From: Macrostomum lignano
Taxonomy: Eukaryota
Direction of reading: 5' to 3'
DNA length: 64,000 nucleotides
Assembly (NCBI GenBank): GCA_002269645.1
Contig: NIVC01000415.1
Coordinates: 434,001-498,000 of the forward strand
This document shows positions 1-12,416 of this stretch, piece after piece. A model generated the notes under the pieces. The model worked only from the letters and a program-made list of their open reading frames with translations. It was not told where the DNA came from and searched no databases. A program made the position numbers and the translations under genes. Position 1 is the stretch's first letter. The number at the start of each line of letters is the position of its first letter.

Positions 1-29
1 AGTTGATTGATAGTGCTTCTGATTGACAG

Positions 30-905
30 AGGGCAGAGGGTAGTACTGGGAGGTCAAGAAGGTAGAGAGGGGAGAGAGAGGGGGAGAGGGTAGAGAGAGG
101 GAGAGAGGGTAGAGAGAAGGGGAGAGGATAGAGAGAGGGGGGAGAGGGTAGAGAGAAGGGGAGAGGATAGAGAGAGGGGGAGAGGGTAGAGAGAAGGGGA
201 GAGGATAGAGAGAAGGGGAGAGGATAGAGAGAGGGGAGAGGGTAGAGAGAAGGGGAGAGGGTAGAGAGAAGGGGAGAGGATAGAGAGAAGGGGAGAAGAT
301 AGAGAGAGGGGGAGAGGGTAGGGAGAAGGGGAGAGGGTAGAGAGAGGGGGAGAGGGTAGAGAGAAGGGGAGAGGGTAGAGAGAAGGGGAGAGGGTAGAGA
401 GAAGGGGAGAGGATAGAGAGAAGGGGAGAGGATAGAGAGAGGGGGAGAGGGTAGGGAGAAGGGGAGAGGGTAGAGAGAGGGGGAGAGGGTAGAGAGAAGG
501 GGAGAGGGTAGAGAGAGGGGGAGAGGGTAGAGAGAAGGGGAGAGGGTAGAGAGAAGGGGAGAGGATAGAGAGAGGGGAGAGGGTAGAGAGAAGGGGAGAG
601 GGTAGAGAGAAGGGGAGAGGATAGAGAGGAGGGGAGAGGATAGAGAGAGGGGGAGAGGGTAGGGAGAAGGGGAGAGGGTAGAGAGAGGGGGAGAGGGTAG
701 ACGGTAGAGAGAAGGGGAGAGGGTAGAGAGAGGGGGAGAGGGTAGAGAGAAGGGGAGAGGGTAGAGACGGGAGAGTAGAGGGTAGAGAGTGGAGAGAAGA
801 GGGGAGAGGGGAGAGCAGAGGGTAGAGAGGGGGAGGAGAGGGTAGAGAGTGGAGGACATAGGGTGAGGAGGGGATAAAAGGAGAGAGAAGAGGGCAGAAA
901 GAAGC
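30..905. repeat. Purine-rich minisatellite (unit ~GGGGAGAGGGTAGAGAGAA), intronic in the LIM gene
   Basis: Tandem AG-rich units read directly; lies downstream of the GTAAGC donor at 1000 on the minus strand. Confidence 0.95.
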
Positions 906-1000
906 AAGGAGAGTGCAAGAGAAATATTTAAGCTAATAAGATATGAACAGGAGAAAAGCTCCATTCTGGAATTGTGGCATATAAAAGCGCCACAGCTTAC

Positions 1001-4000
1001 GGAAACCAGCTTAGGCGTTGTGGACTCATCGGTACAAACTGACAGCCTGTTGTTGCCCACAGCGGATTGCTGCTGCTGCTGCTGCGGTACTGGAGGAAGT
1101 TTTTGCTGCTTCTGCACCGACGATTGCTGCTCCAAGCCGTGAAAGAAGTTCAAAATGTTCTTAGAAATGCCGGGCGGCGGCAGCTCATCTGCTTGGCTCG
1201 TTCGGCGCTTCAAGCGGCCTCGGATCGGGTCCGCCGTCTGCGGGGTGGATGAGAGGGAGAGTGACAGTCTGCGAGTGACAGGCAGCGGATGAATGAAAGA
1301 ATTAAAAGCATGCAACTCCCTAAACAGAAATTTGACTGATGGACAAACATTGAAACTGTAATATTTAACACAAGAGTGACAGAAGTAGGACTTTGGAGTG
1401 ATAGAAATGAAACTAAGAGTGACAGAAATCAAGCTGAGAGTGACAGAAATCAAGCTGAGAGTGACAGAAATCAAGCTGAGAGGGACAGAAATCGAACTGA
1501 GAGTGACAGAAAAAATCTGAGAGTGACAGAAATGGAGCTGAGAGTGACAGAAATAAATCTGAGAGTGACAGAAATGAATCTGAGAGTGACAGAAATAAAT
1601 CTGAGAGTGACAGAAATGAATCTGAGAGTGACAGCAATGGAGCTGAGAGTGACAGAAATAAATCTGAGAGTGACAGAAATGAATCTGAGAGTGACAGCAA
1701 TGGAGCTGAGAGTGACAGAAATGAATCTGAGAGTGACAGAAATGAATCTGAGAGTGACAGAAATGGAGCTGAGAGTGACAGAAATAAATCTGAGAGTGAC
1801 AGAAATAAATCTGAGAGTGACAGAAATGAATCTGAGAGTGACAGAGATGAATCTGAGAGTGACAGATAAAAACTGAGAGTGACAGATAAAAACTGAGAGT
1901 GACAGATAAAACTTACTTCGGGTGGTTCAGAATTATCCAGATTAGCAGATTTTTTATCTAAAGGCGCATCTGAAAGGTAATGAGAAATTTCAAAGCTCTT
2001 ATTATTAGATGGTCTTACCCAGTCTACTAACAGTAGAAATAAGCGCAAAGCAGGTTATAAATTGAGCTGGAATTTACCTTGCAATCGAACAGCGTCAGTG
2101 TAATGCACCTGACAGTAAAGAGCGCCGGACAGAACTCCGAAATTTCCAACGCTACATTTCAGAGAGATTTGAACTGTACATTAAAATGAATTGCTACTTA
2201 AAGTAGAATTACAACACATTTTTACCTGAGAACTCGATTACACTTGGAACATTTGCAGCAGAATTTATGATAGGCCACGCCATTAGTGGTCACCATCTCC
2301 ATTGGGTAGACTTTCTTTGAGCACACTCCGCAGATGCTGGTTGAGCTGCCCTGCGGAACAAAAAAATGACGTCATATCATTTGTCCAAAGATAGAAATGA
2401 AATGTTTTCTACTTAATGACTACTAACAGTTGAAGTTAGGTAAAATATTGTCAATAAAAAGTTGCTAGACAAAATTAAACTTTTGAACTTAAGGTTTATT
2501 AATAATAATAATAATAATTGATTACACCTGCCCCATTTGGGCAGATGTGCAACCGACAGCTCAGCCGCAGCTATTGAGCCGCGCATCTGAAGGCTGCGTA
2601 CGGCTGTTCAGTCCAAGGACTGGGGGGTCGCCACACACAGCCTCAATTACCCCAGCTAATGCTGGCACCCATTTTACAGCTGGGTGAACTGAAGCAATGC
2701 AGAGTTAAGTGCCTTGCTCAAGGACACAAATTGTTTCCGAGTGGGTCGAGAATCGAACCCCCGACCTTTCAGTCGTGAGTCCAACGCTCTAGCTACTAGG
2801 CTATAATTCCCATACTGGAATGAATTGCTCAAAGAAAGTTTCTAAGATGCCATGGCTATAGTTAAAAGGGACTGTTAAAAGCAGATTAAAAGTTAAAACA
2901 CACAGCAAATCAAGCAAGCTTAATTAAGAAACGTATTGAAACTGTTATTTCAAACGTCAATCAATATACTGCTTAAGCGTACAAAGACCGCGGGAGCATT
3001 GTCGCCTAACAGATTAATCCAGCGGATGGATGGCCGCCTCTGGAGGTGCGCAATAGTCAGTTAATAAAGGTTGAAATGAAGGTGCTGAAGGTAAATATAG
3101 ATAGTACAATTAAAATTCTTGTTCAGCTGAAGAAAATAACTTTAAAAACAAAGTACAAAATAGCTAGGGTAAAATAATTTCAGGATATTATCACATAATC
3201 GCTTTGTAGAGTGATAGCAGACATATCAAGAGATAAAGATATAGAGTAAAATACAGGTAGACAGTGAGGTATAAGCTGAGATAGAGGGGTAGACAGTGAA
3301 ATAGAGGATGAGATAGATAAGTAGACATTGAGGTATAGGCTGAAATAGAGGGGTAGACAGTGAGAAACAGAGGATGAGATTGAGAGGTAGACAGTGAAGT
3401 AGAGGATGCGATAGAGAGGTAGATAGTGAAATAGAGAGGTAGACAGTGAAATAGGAGATGAGATAGAGTGGTAGACAGTGAAATAGAAGATGAGATAGAC
3501 AGGTAGACAGAGGTTTAGAGCGAGACAGAGAGGCGGACAGAAAGGTAGAGAGACAGACACCGGTGCAGAGTCCCAAATAGCCCAATTCGCAACAGACGCA
3601 GACTCGCAGATGAAGCCAGGAATCAACTCACCTCTCCAGAGGCGCCGCCAACAGCTGAGTCCAACAGAGAGGAGGACAAAGACTCGGAATCAGAAAATCC
3701 GAATTTGTCCGAAGAATTCGGCACCAGATCTGAGAAATCTTCGCTGCTCTCGTCCCCGGCCAGCCTGGCGGCCAGGTAATGGTCTACCGTGGATGACAAG
3801 CTGCTGGGGTCCTCTTGCTGGCGAAGCTGCGGCCTGTTGACCGCGGCCAGCAGGTCCAGGCTGTCAATGCTGGACGCAGTGTACAGAGCTGGCGCTATGT
3901 TGTCGTCGGCTTGAGGGAGTCGCTCTGAAATTGTGAGCGTTGAACTACTTAAATAAAGACTTCCCTGGGAGAATCGGGCCTAAACAAAGACTTCACTCGA

Positions 4001-4432
4001 AAATTCGAACATAAACAAAGACTTCACTCGAAAAAAATCGGGCTTAAACAGATTTCACTCGGAGAATCGTGCTAAAACAAAGACTTCACTCGGAGAATCC
4101 GGCTTGAAACAAAGACTTTACTCGGAGAATCGAGCTTGAAACAAATTATTTACTCGGAGAATCGGACTTGAAACAAAGACTTCACTCGGAAAATCTGGCT
4201 TAAACAAAGACTTCACTAAATCAGGCCTAAACAAAGACCATGAAAATTAATCCAACGTACCGGACACGTCATCATCGGCATCATTCCCAAAATCTGAGCA
4301 GCAGTGCTCATCGCCAACAGTATCCCGGTCGCTGTCGTCATTGTCACCAACCGCCTGCTGTTGCTCATCAACAACCATAACTGTGGCACCTGCCGTTTGA
4401 TTTGTTTGCTCAGCAATTTGCGTATCATCTTC
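1001..4432 (-). CDS. LIM-domain protein, EPLIN/XIRP2/LIMD2/MICAL-like LIM subtype; partial, 3' end lies left of the window
   Basis: Phase-consistent GT-AG exons 4432-4261, 3924-3632, 2350-2226, 2151-2078, ~2027-1917, 1237-1001. Exons 2350-2226 and 2151-2078 give CGVCSKKVYPMEMVTTNGVAYHKFCCKCSKCNRVLSVGNFGVLSGALYCQVH = C-x2-C-x17-H-x2-C-x2-C-x2-C-x17-C-x2-H, a complete LIM domain. The acceptor of the 1917 exon could be ~2027 or ~1972 (both in frame). Confidence 0.85.
1376..1910. repeat. 21-bp minisatellite (CTGAGAGTGACAGAAATGAAT), ~25 units, LIM intron
   Basis: Tandem units read directly; explains ORFs 1376..1876 and most of 1413..2048. Confidence 0.97.
2501..2806 (-). mobile_element. tRNA-derived CORE-type SINE with (ATT)n tail
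   Basis: Minus strand: A-box-like TAGCCTAGTAG, B box GGTTCGATTC, then GTGTCCTTGAGCAAGGCACTTAAC...CAGTTCACCCAGCTGTAAAATGGG, resembling the SINE CORE consensus as recalled; 3' stem-loop CTGCCC-AAATG-GGGCAG and (ATT)6 tail. No clear TSD. Confidence 0.85.
3215..3550. repeat. Degenerate ~30-bp purine-rich minisatellite (GTAGACAGTGAAATAGAGGATGAGATAGAG)
   Basis: Tandem units; intron between LIM exons 3632 and 2350. Confidence 0.85.
3955..4235. repeat. ~30-bp minisatellite (AAACAAAGACTTCACTCGGAGAATCGGGCTT)
   Basis: About 9 degenerate units filling the 3925-4260 intron. Confidence 0.9.
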
Positions 4433-5728
4433 CTGGGGAGATGGGCGATTCAGTGGGAATTTGTTTTTATCTAGTTAGTGGTTTTTGGCCGCTGCCGCAA
4501 ATCAAGGGCAACAAAAAAGCAAGCAAGCAGGCCATTTTGATTAAGTTATGATCATTCCGCTGTGCAGGCAGGGTGTACAGAGCGGCCCTGACTTTCTCAC
4601 TGTAAGACATGTACACTCTTTGCGTCTTGAAATGTTAATCAACCCGCTAAAATATAATGTTTTGTAAATTTAGCTTAGATGTTCAATCCTAAGGCCCGAT
4701 TTGGGATTTGTCTATGGCCCAACCTGTCTCTATTCTCTAGGCTTTCAGCTTTGGTTATACTACTGAATTGTGAGTAGCTTAACAGAATTTTCAATATACT
4801 AAGTGACTAGACAATAAATAATACATCTATGATATGATTTTTTAAATAAATGAAGACTAACATTGTTCATAATCGCCCAGTCTGTGTATGTGAAATACAA
4901 GGTAGCCCAATTTTAATGAATATCAGTTACAATATTCTTTTGAATAAAAATATTGTCTGAATAAAAACTTCTACAAAAAAAAACATCCAGCGTTCATGGG
5001 GCTCTGCTTTTTTGCTTTTTATTTACAACAAACAAACAATTACGAAAGCGTAGAAAAAATATGACAGAAAAAAAATAGAAAAGTAACGACTTTCTCTGAA
5101 ACTGGGGGACATTTCTATTTGTTAGAAATACAGAAAACTACAATTGAAAAAATGGAAACGGTTGGAAGTTTCTAACAAACCTTAATTAATTAACCGTAGA
5201 AATATTTCTGTTTTCTAATAAATAGAAAACAACTAAGAAAAAATAGTTAACTTCCCCAACAAAGATCCATGGCAATCAATGCCGGATCTGGCAAATAGAA
5301 GACAAAGTAAAAATTTTACTAATAGAGAACACAAACAAAAGCAACACGAATAAAAGGTAACACTAAAAGATTCGAAATCAGAAGTGCAATCACCAGAGGT
5401 GCCAATAAAAAAGCGAAGCAAACCTATGCAATGCAGACAAGAAAAATTAGGGAACGTACTTTCGATTAGAGATTAACAGTTACTGTATATTTCAGCCTGA
5501 TTCAAATTGAATAAAAATACATTTTTTACTGCAAACATGCGCATCAGACATTACTTAGATTACTAATGCAAGCCTGAAGCATTATTGCGTTAAGTCACTC
5601 GTGAGCTGCTTGCAATGACTCTAGCGATTCTTGTCAAGGTAACGTTTTTCAACGGGTACTCAGCTTCAGTCTAAACCACAGTTTCCGGTGCCCCTAATCT
5701 ACGCGGATCGGCTTACGCTGCACCTGTG

Positions 5729-6095
5729 CTAATACCTGGCGGACAGCTGGTCAGCATTATTAGCGTTATAAACTGTAGCGGAGACGCCATTAACGGGCGT
5801 TGGCGAGCCAATTATCTCCAAATTCGGTCGATTATGATATTCGCTACTGTTCAGAGCGGCCTTGTCGCCATAGTAGAAGGTCTTGGAGTCGGCTACGAGT
5901 GATTCGCGCAAAGCCTGCGACTGCGGCGGAGGCGGCTGAGGCTGCTGCGCCGCGGCGTTGGGTGTTGGGCGCAGCTGTTGTTGTTGCTGAGGCTGCCGCT
6001 GAGCAGGCTGCTCACGATGCGGCATCATCGGTGCTCGACTATTTCTAAGCTGCACCGGTTGCTGCTGCGGCTGCTGCTGCACCGGTTGCTGCTGC

Positions 6096-6127
<32 letters not shown>

Positions 6128-8335
6128 ATGTTGCATCTGTCCCGTCAGAGGACGTTCCGACTGATTAAACTGTAGAGCCAGCGCTCGCACTTTGCCAGTG
6201 CGAATCGGATTGGACTCCAATGGGGCAGGATTATATGAGTAAGTCAGGTGACGAGGCTGACGATTCTCGGCGTACCAGAATGAACCGGACGTGTCGCCTA
6301 CAGGAGCTTGCGGCTTCTGGTGTTGATCTTTTGATGGGGGCGATAATTGTTGCTGCTGAGGTTGTCCGTAGCCATTGCCAAGCCAGTGCTCAATTCGTTG
6401 TGTAGTGTCTTTGGGCTGAGGCTGCTCTCTGTCGGGATGCTGCTGAGCCTGTCTTTGCTGCTCAGAGGCTGGCACGGCTCTCAGTATGGCATTAGCCACC
6501 TCCTCGCCTGTGGGACTTGGCGGCAAAGATTCCGAAGAACTGGACAATAATTTGGCTGGCGACAGGCGCAGTTCGGATGGTCGATGGCGGTAACGAGACG
6601 GCGACAGACGCGGCGGAGCGGCGGAGACGGCCATCGGACCAGTCTGCGTGGCCTTGTCGTTACTGGAGTGAACTGGCTGCTGCTGCTGCTGCTGCGGACG
6701 AGCTCTTCGTCGCGACTGCTGTCGATTTTCTTCGGCGGCGCCTTCGTTGTCGCCCCACAATCTTCGAAGAGCGTCGTCAACAGCGGCAGCGGCGGCGGCG
6801 GCGGCGGCCGCTCGAGAGTTTCGCCTGGGCCGAAGCACCTCCGTGTCTACTGACGAAATTTCCGATCCTGAATTCTCGTCATCGCGTTCGTCGTCGGACT
6901 TTTGTCGACGCCGATGCTGATTCTGCTGATTACGAACGCTGGGACGTCTGTCGTAGGTGCGGCTGCTCGTATAGAACTTCTCGTCATTGTCGGATTGGAT
7001 TGGCGGCTGAGACGGCTCCGCTAGTGGAGGCCGACTAACTGTGCCACCGCCGCCGCGTTGCGGAGAACTGGCAGCGCTTCGATAACCCGAAGTCGTAGTG
7101 CGGCTTGGCTGACGTTCGTCGGAATCTTTGCGCAGGAGCGGAGACTGCTGAAGCTGCTGATGGCGCTGCTGGCGCGGAGACTCCTGAGCTGCACTGTCAT
7201 CGTTCTCGTAGCCAGCGTCGTCCAGATCGCCATCTATGGACGCTTGACGCCGGATGTCCGAGTGCGGCCGACCGCTCGACCGACACGTCCTGTCTATGCA
7301 GGCTGGCCGGCGAGGCACCAGGCGAATCTGCGGAGTTGGTGACAGTGGCTTGCTGGCAGACAAGGCAGCCGGTGGCGGCGCTGAACTACGATATTCCAGA
7401 GACGGCGAGGGAGACGATGAAACTCTACGACGTCGGTCTCGACGATGCTGGACTTTGTCAGCGTCGTCATAGTCACCCTTGTCGCGTTCGTCAAAGCCGC
7501 TTTTGCTGCTAAATTTTTTCGCAGGCATCGGAACTTCGAAAGCCACCGGCGACAGCACGATCGGGGAATTAGCCGCGTCCACCAACGTTGGTGACGAACG
7601 TCGTCTACGTCGATGCTGCAAGGGCGACTGCGACTGTGGCGGAGGCGGCGGCCAATTTAAAACGTCATCGTCGGTAGTACCGACGCAGCGATGCTTCAAC
7701 TCGGGATGCTGAAGCCCCGCCTTCTGAGGCGGCTGGGGCCGCTGCATCGAAGGCAACGGCGATAGCGACGGCGACTTGGACTTTACGGATCGGCGAGTTT
7801 CACTCCGACTGCGCTGTCTCGACGCTGCACGCTCCGCATCGCTACCACCATCATGCCTGTCATTGCTTTCCGCAACGTTGTCGTTGTTGTCATTTTCGTT
7901 GTCTTCGTCGTAGTCGTAGTCGAAATCGGTTGCCCACGGCGGCCGGCTGCCGTACAGGCTGTGCACTTTTAAATGTCGACGCTCTTCGACTCGGGGCGGA
8001 GCGTTGATCATTCGATCGGCTGATTGGCCTCGCTGTTGTTGATGCTTGCGACGCATCGGCGATGCGTCCTGCTGCTGGTGTTGCTGCTCAGACGTCGTTG
8101 CCGACTGACTCTGAGCCGGTTTAGCACTTGAAGACAAATTAGCGGTGGATCTAGAGGCGGCATTCTCTCTACGCAGATTGGTGGTACGATTGGCGGTGAG
8201 GCTGTGACCAGTGGTCGGATGCTTGGTTGGCACCGGCTTGATGCCGTATTGCTTCGGTTTACCTCCTGCGCCGGAGGCGATTGGCATGGCTGGGTATTGA
8301 TCGGCTAGCTGGTTTGTGCGTTTAGCAGTACGCCT
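5729..8335 (-). CDS. Large (~2.6 kb) exon encoding an intrinsically disordered Ser/Pro/Gln/Arg-rich region; alternative terminal exon of the LIM locus or a separate gene
   Basis: Uninterrupted GC-rich ORF of ~870 codons, not a tandem repeat; acceptor TCATTGCAG at ~8336; ends at stop 5729 or at donor AG|GTATTA ~5734. No recognisable domain. Confidence 0.75.
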
Positions 8336-8469
8336 GCAATGACATTGGTATGTGAGCACTGAGCACTACCTCAGTAATGATTCTATCTCACTTATAAATG
8401 GCACTGTCCCGCTTGGTATCATTACTATCCTGCATACGCTCGTAGCAACTGTTTTATTCCGCTTGGAGT

Positions 8470-9075
8470 TCAGCAACAGCTCTACCTGGCTAGCAACTGC
8501 TCTACCTGGCTTAGCAACGGCACTGTCACTCTAGCAGCGGCACTACCTGGCTTAGCAACGGCTCTAACTGGCTTAGCAACCGCACTACCTGGCTTAGCAA
8601 CGGCTCTAACTGGCTTAGCAACCGCACTACGTGGCTTAGCAACGGCACTAACTGGCTTAGCAACGCCACTGTCACTCTAGCAGCGGCACTACGTGGCTTA
8701 TCAACGGCACTAACTGGCTTAGCAACTGCTCTACTTGGCTTAGCAACGGCACTTCCTGGCTTAGTAACGGCACTTCCTGGCTTAGCAACGGCACTGTCAC
8801 TCTAGCAACGGCATTACCTGGCTTAGCAACTGCTCTATTTGGCTTAGCAACCGCACTACGTGGCTTAGCGACGGCACTAACTGGCTTAGCAACTGCTCTA
8901 CTTGGCTTAGCAACCGCACTACGTGGCTTAGCAACGGCACTAACTGGCTTAGCAACGGCTCTACCTGGCTTAGCAACGGCTCTACTTGGCTTAGCAACGG
9001 CACTTCCTGGCTTAGTAACGGCACAAACTGGCTTAGCAACGGCACTACCAAGCTTAGCAACGGCACAACGGCACA
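8470..9075. repeat. 21-bp minisatellite (GGCTTAGCAACGGCACTACCT), copy 1
   Basis: Tandem variant units; explains AVAKP/VPLLSQ ORFs. Confidence 0.95.
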
Positions 9076-9079
9076 ACGC

Positions 9080-9635
9080 CAATGTGAATGAGATGGCGAC
9101 ACCATGTGAATGAGATGGCGACACCATGTGAATGAGATGGGGACACCATGTGAATGAGATGGCGACATTATGTGAATGAGATGGCGACACCATGTGAATG
9201 AGATGGCGACATAATGTGAATGAGATGGCGACACCATGTGAATGAGATGGCGACACCATGTGATTGTGAATGAGATGGCGACACCATGTGATTGTGAATG
9301 AGATGGGACACCATGTGAATGAGATGGCGACACCATGTGAATGAGATGGCGACACCATGTGAATGAGGTGGGGACACCATGTGAATGAGATGGCGACATA
9401 ATGTGAATGAGATGGCGACACCATGTGAATGAGATGGCGACACCATGTGAATGAGGTGGCGACACCATGTGATTGTGAATGAGATGGGGACACAGTGTGA
9501 ATGAGATGGCGACACCATGCGATTGTGAATGAGATGGCGACACCATGTGAATGAGATGGCGACACCATGCAATTGTGAATGAGATGGGGACACCATGTGA
9601 TTGTGAATGAGATGGCGACACCATGTGATTGTGAA
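9080..9635. repeat. 22-bp minisatellite (ATGTGAATGAGATGGCGACACC), copy 1
   Basis: Tandem units; the same unit recurs at 12678-13430. Confidence 0.95.
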
Positions 9636-9704
9636 TGATCATTACAATGAATCATTACTATCCTGCATACGCTCGTAGCAACTGTTTTATTCCGCTTGGA
9701 GTTC

Positions 9705-10740
9705 AGCAACAGCTCTACCTGGCTTAGCAACTGCTCTACCTGGCTTAGCAACGGCACTGTCACTCTAGCAGCGGCACTACCTGGCTTAGCAACGGCTCTA
9801 ACTGGCTTAGCAACCGCACTACCTGGCTTAGCAACGGCTCTAACTGGCTTAGCAACCGCACTACGTGGCTTAGCAACGGCACTAACTGGCTTAGCAACGC
9901 CACTGTCACTCTAGCAGCGGCACTACGTGGCTTATCAACGGCACTAACTGGCTTAGCAACTGCTCTACTTGGCTTAGCAACGGCACTTCCTGGCTTAGTA
10001 ACGGCACTTCCTGGCTTAGCAACGGCACTGTCACTCTAGCAACGGCATTACCTGGCTTAGCAACTGCTCTATTTGGCTTAGCAACCGCACTACGTGGCTT
10101 AGCGACGGCACTAACTGGCTTAGCAACTGCTCTACTTGGCTTAGCAACCGCACTACGTGGCTTAGCAACGGCACTTCCTGGCTTAGTAACGGCACTAATT
10201 GGCTTAGCAACGGCTCTACTTGGCTTAGCAACGGCACTTCCTGGCTTAGTAACGGCACTACCTGGCTTAGCAAGGGCTCTACCTGGCTTAGCAACTGCTC
10301 TACTTGGCTTAGCAACCGCACTACGTGGCTTAGCAACGGCACTACCTGGCTTAGCAACGGCACTGTCACTCTAGCAGCGGCACTACCTGGCTTAGCAACG
10401 GCACTGTCACTCTAGCAGCGGCACTACCTGGCTTAGCAACGGCTCTGTCACTCTAGCAGCGGCACTACCTGGCTTAGCAACGGCTCTACCTGGCTTAGCA
10501 ACTGCTCTACTTGGCTTAGCAACCGCACTACGTGGCTTAGCAACGGCACTTCCTGGCTTAGTAACGGCACTAATTGGCTTAGCAACGGCTCTACTTGGCT
10601 TAGCAACGGCACTTACTGGCTTAGTAACGGCACAAACTGGCTTAGCAACGGCACTACCAAGCTTAGCAACGGCACTACCTGGCTTAGCAACGGCACTACC
10701 AAGCTTATCAACGGCACTACCTGGCTTATCAAGGGCAGCC
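9705..10740. repeat. 21-bp minisatellite (GGCTTAGCAACGGCACTACCT), copy 2
   Basis: Same unit and same order of variants as 8470-9075 over the first ~450 bp. Confidence 0.95.
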
Positions 10741-11245
10741 ATATTCACGACTAACAACTGCACTCTTGCATGCTAGCCTTATTATTATTAGCTTGAATAC
10801 CCGTGTGATCACTAAATAGACAAGACAAGATAGAAACAAATCAAAAATAGTTATAAAAACTTGACTACTCACCGTTAGAAAAATATAGCGACTTCAAAGC
10901 TCCCAGCAGCAACAGTGACGTCCAAGTAAAATTGCGTGTAGATAGATTCTAGGTTGTAATATATTCTAACAGGCTGATATTTTTAAATATTTGATACTGA
11001 AGCAATGTTGGGCGTTGCGCTATTCAAAGATCGAAGGGTATTGGCATTGTATTGGGCTGGGTGGCTGGGAGCCGCGCGGTTGGCTCCAGTTAGTAGAGCA
11101 AAGAAAGAAACGTGGAATTCAGCCAGTCAGCTCGCGGAATGAGCAGGCAAAACTATCGATTTTTTTTAGTTTTCTATACACTACTCTCTGGCACAGTCAG
11201 AGTTGATCGGAAGAGAGACGTAGAGGAAACAAGAAGCTCGCCGAT

Positions 11246-11246
<1 letters not shown>

Positions 11247-11302
<56 letters not shown>
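11247..11302. repeat. (CT)n microsatellite
   Basis: Perfect dinucleotide run. Confidence 0.98.
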
Positions 11303-11306
<4 letters not shown>

Positions 11307-11514
11307 GTGTGCGAGTGTATTATCAATCGATCCCCCCCCCAATTTCAAGAAGGGTGAACAGAGGAAAGGCGAGGATTCTTAAACACAATATCTGGAGTGG
11401 CAGGCAACTACATGTAAAGCCTAATTTAAGTTCAACCGACAAAATATTTGTAGAAGGCGCTTTCACAACACCTAAATTTTACATTGCTAAAAATATTCAA
11501 GTATTGACTTTTAT

Positions 11515-12065
11515 AAAGACTAAGCTTCACAAGACCCGAATTTCACAAGACCTAAATTTCGCAACACTTGAACTTCACATGACATAAACTTCACAAGATC
11601 TAAACTTCACATGGCCTAAACTTCACAAGACCTAAACTTCACAAGACCTAAATTCCACAAGATCTGAACTTCACATGACATAATCTTCACAAGACCTAAA
11701 CTTCACAAGACCTAAACTTCACAAGATCTAAACTTAACATGACCTAAACTTTATGAGACCTAAAATTCACGAGACCTAAACTTCACATGACCTAAACTTC
11801 ACAAGATCTAAACTTCACAAGACCTAAACTTCCCATGACATAAACTTCACAAGACCTAAACTTCACATGACATAAACTTCACAAGACATAAACTTCACAA
11901 GACCGAAACTTCACGAGACCTAAACTTCCCATGACATAAACTTCACGAGACCTAAACTTCCCATGACATAAACTTCACGAGACCTAAACTTCACATGACC
12001 TAAACTTTACATGACCTAAACTTCACATGACCTAAACTTCACATGACCTAAACTCATAAGACCTA
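11515..12065. repeat. 16-bp minisatellite (AAACTTCACAAGACCT)
   Basis: More than 30 tandem units. Confidence 0.95.
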
Positions 12066-12416
12066 AACAAATTCACAAATGTCTATACAAGTTATGTATG
12101 TGTATGTGTCTATACAACAAGTTCATACTAATACTGTTTACAAACTCCAGATCACTACATTCTAGATTTCCATGAGGAGTACAGGCACAAACACTGCACG
12201 CAGAAGTCCCAGAGGGTAGTTAGTAAGGATCACTAGGAGGGGGGAGCTAGGTGAGAACTAGGCTACACGAACAATCAACTCATATAGGCTACACCCAGGC
12301 ATGCAGAGCTCAGCTCCGGGGTATTTCTTAAAACTGTATTTCTCTGATCACCGAGCCAGCGACCCCGAGACTCGACACAACCTCCCTCCTCCTCTTCCTC
12401 AGCGGTCGCGACTTAC

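Noticed and set aside
2740-2806. tRNA gene
   Set aside because: A/B boxes are present but run into a CORE block and (ATT)n tail with no acceptor-stem closure or poly-T terminator; it is a SINE head.
5800-7712. Many short plus-strand ORFs
   Set aside because: Antisense shadows of the GC-rich 5729-8335 exon.
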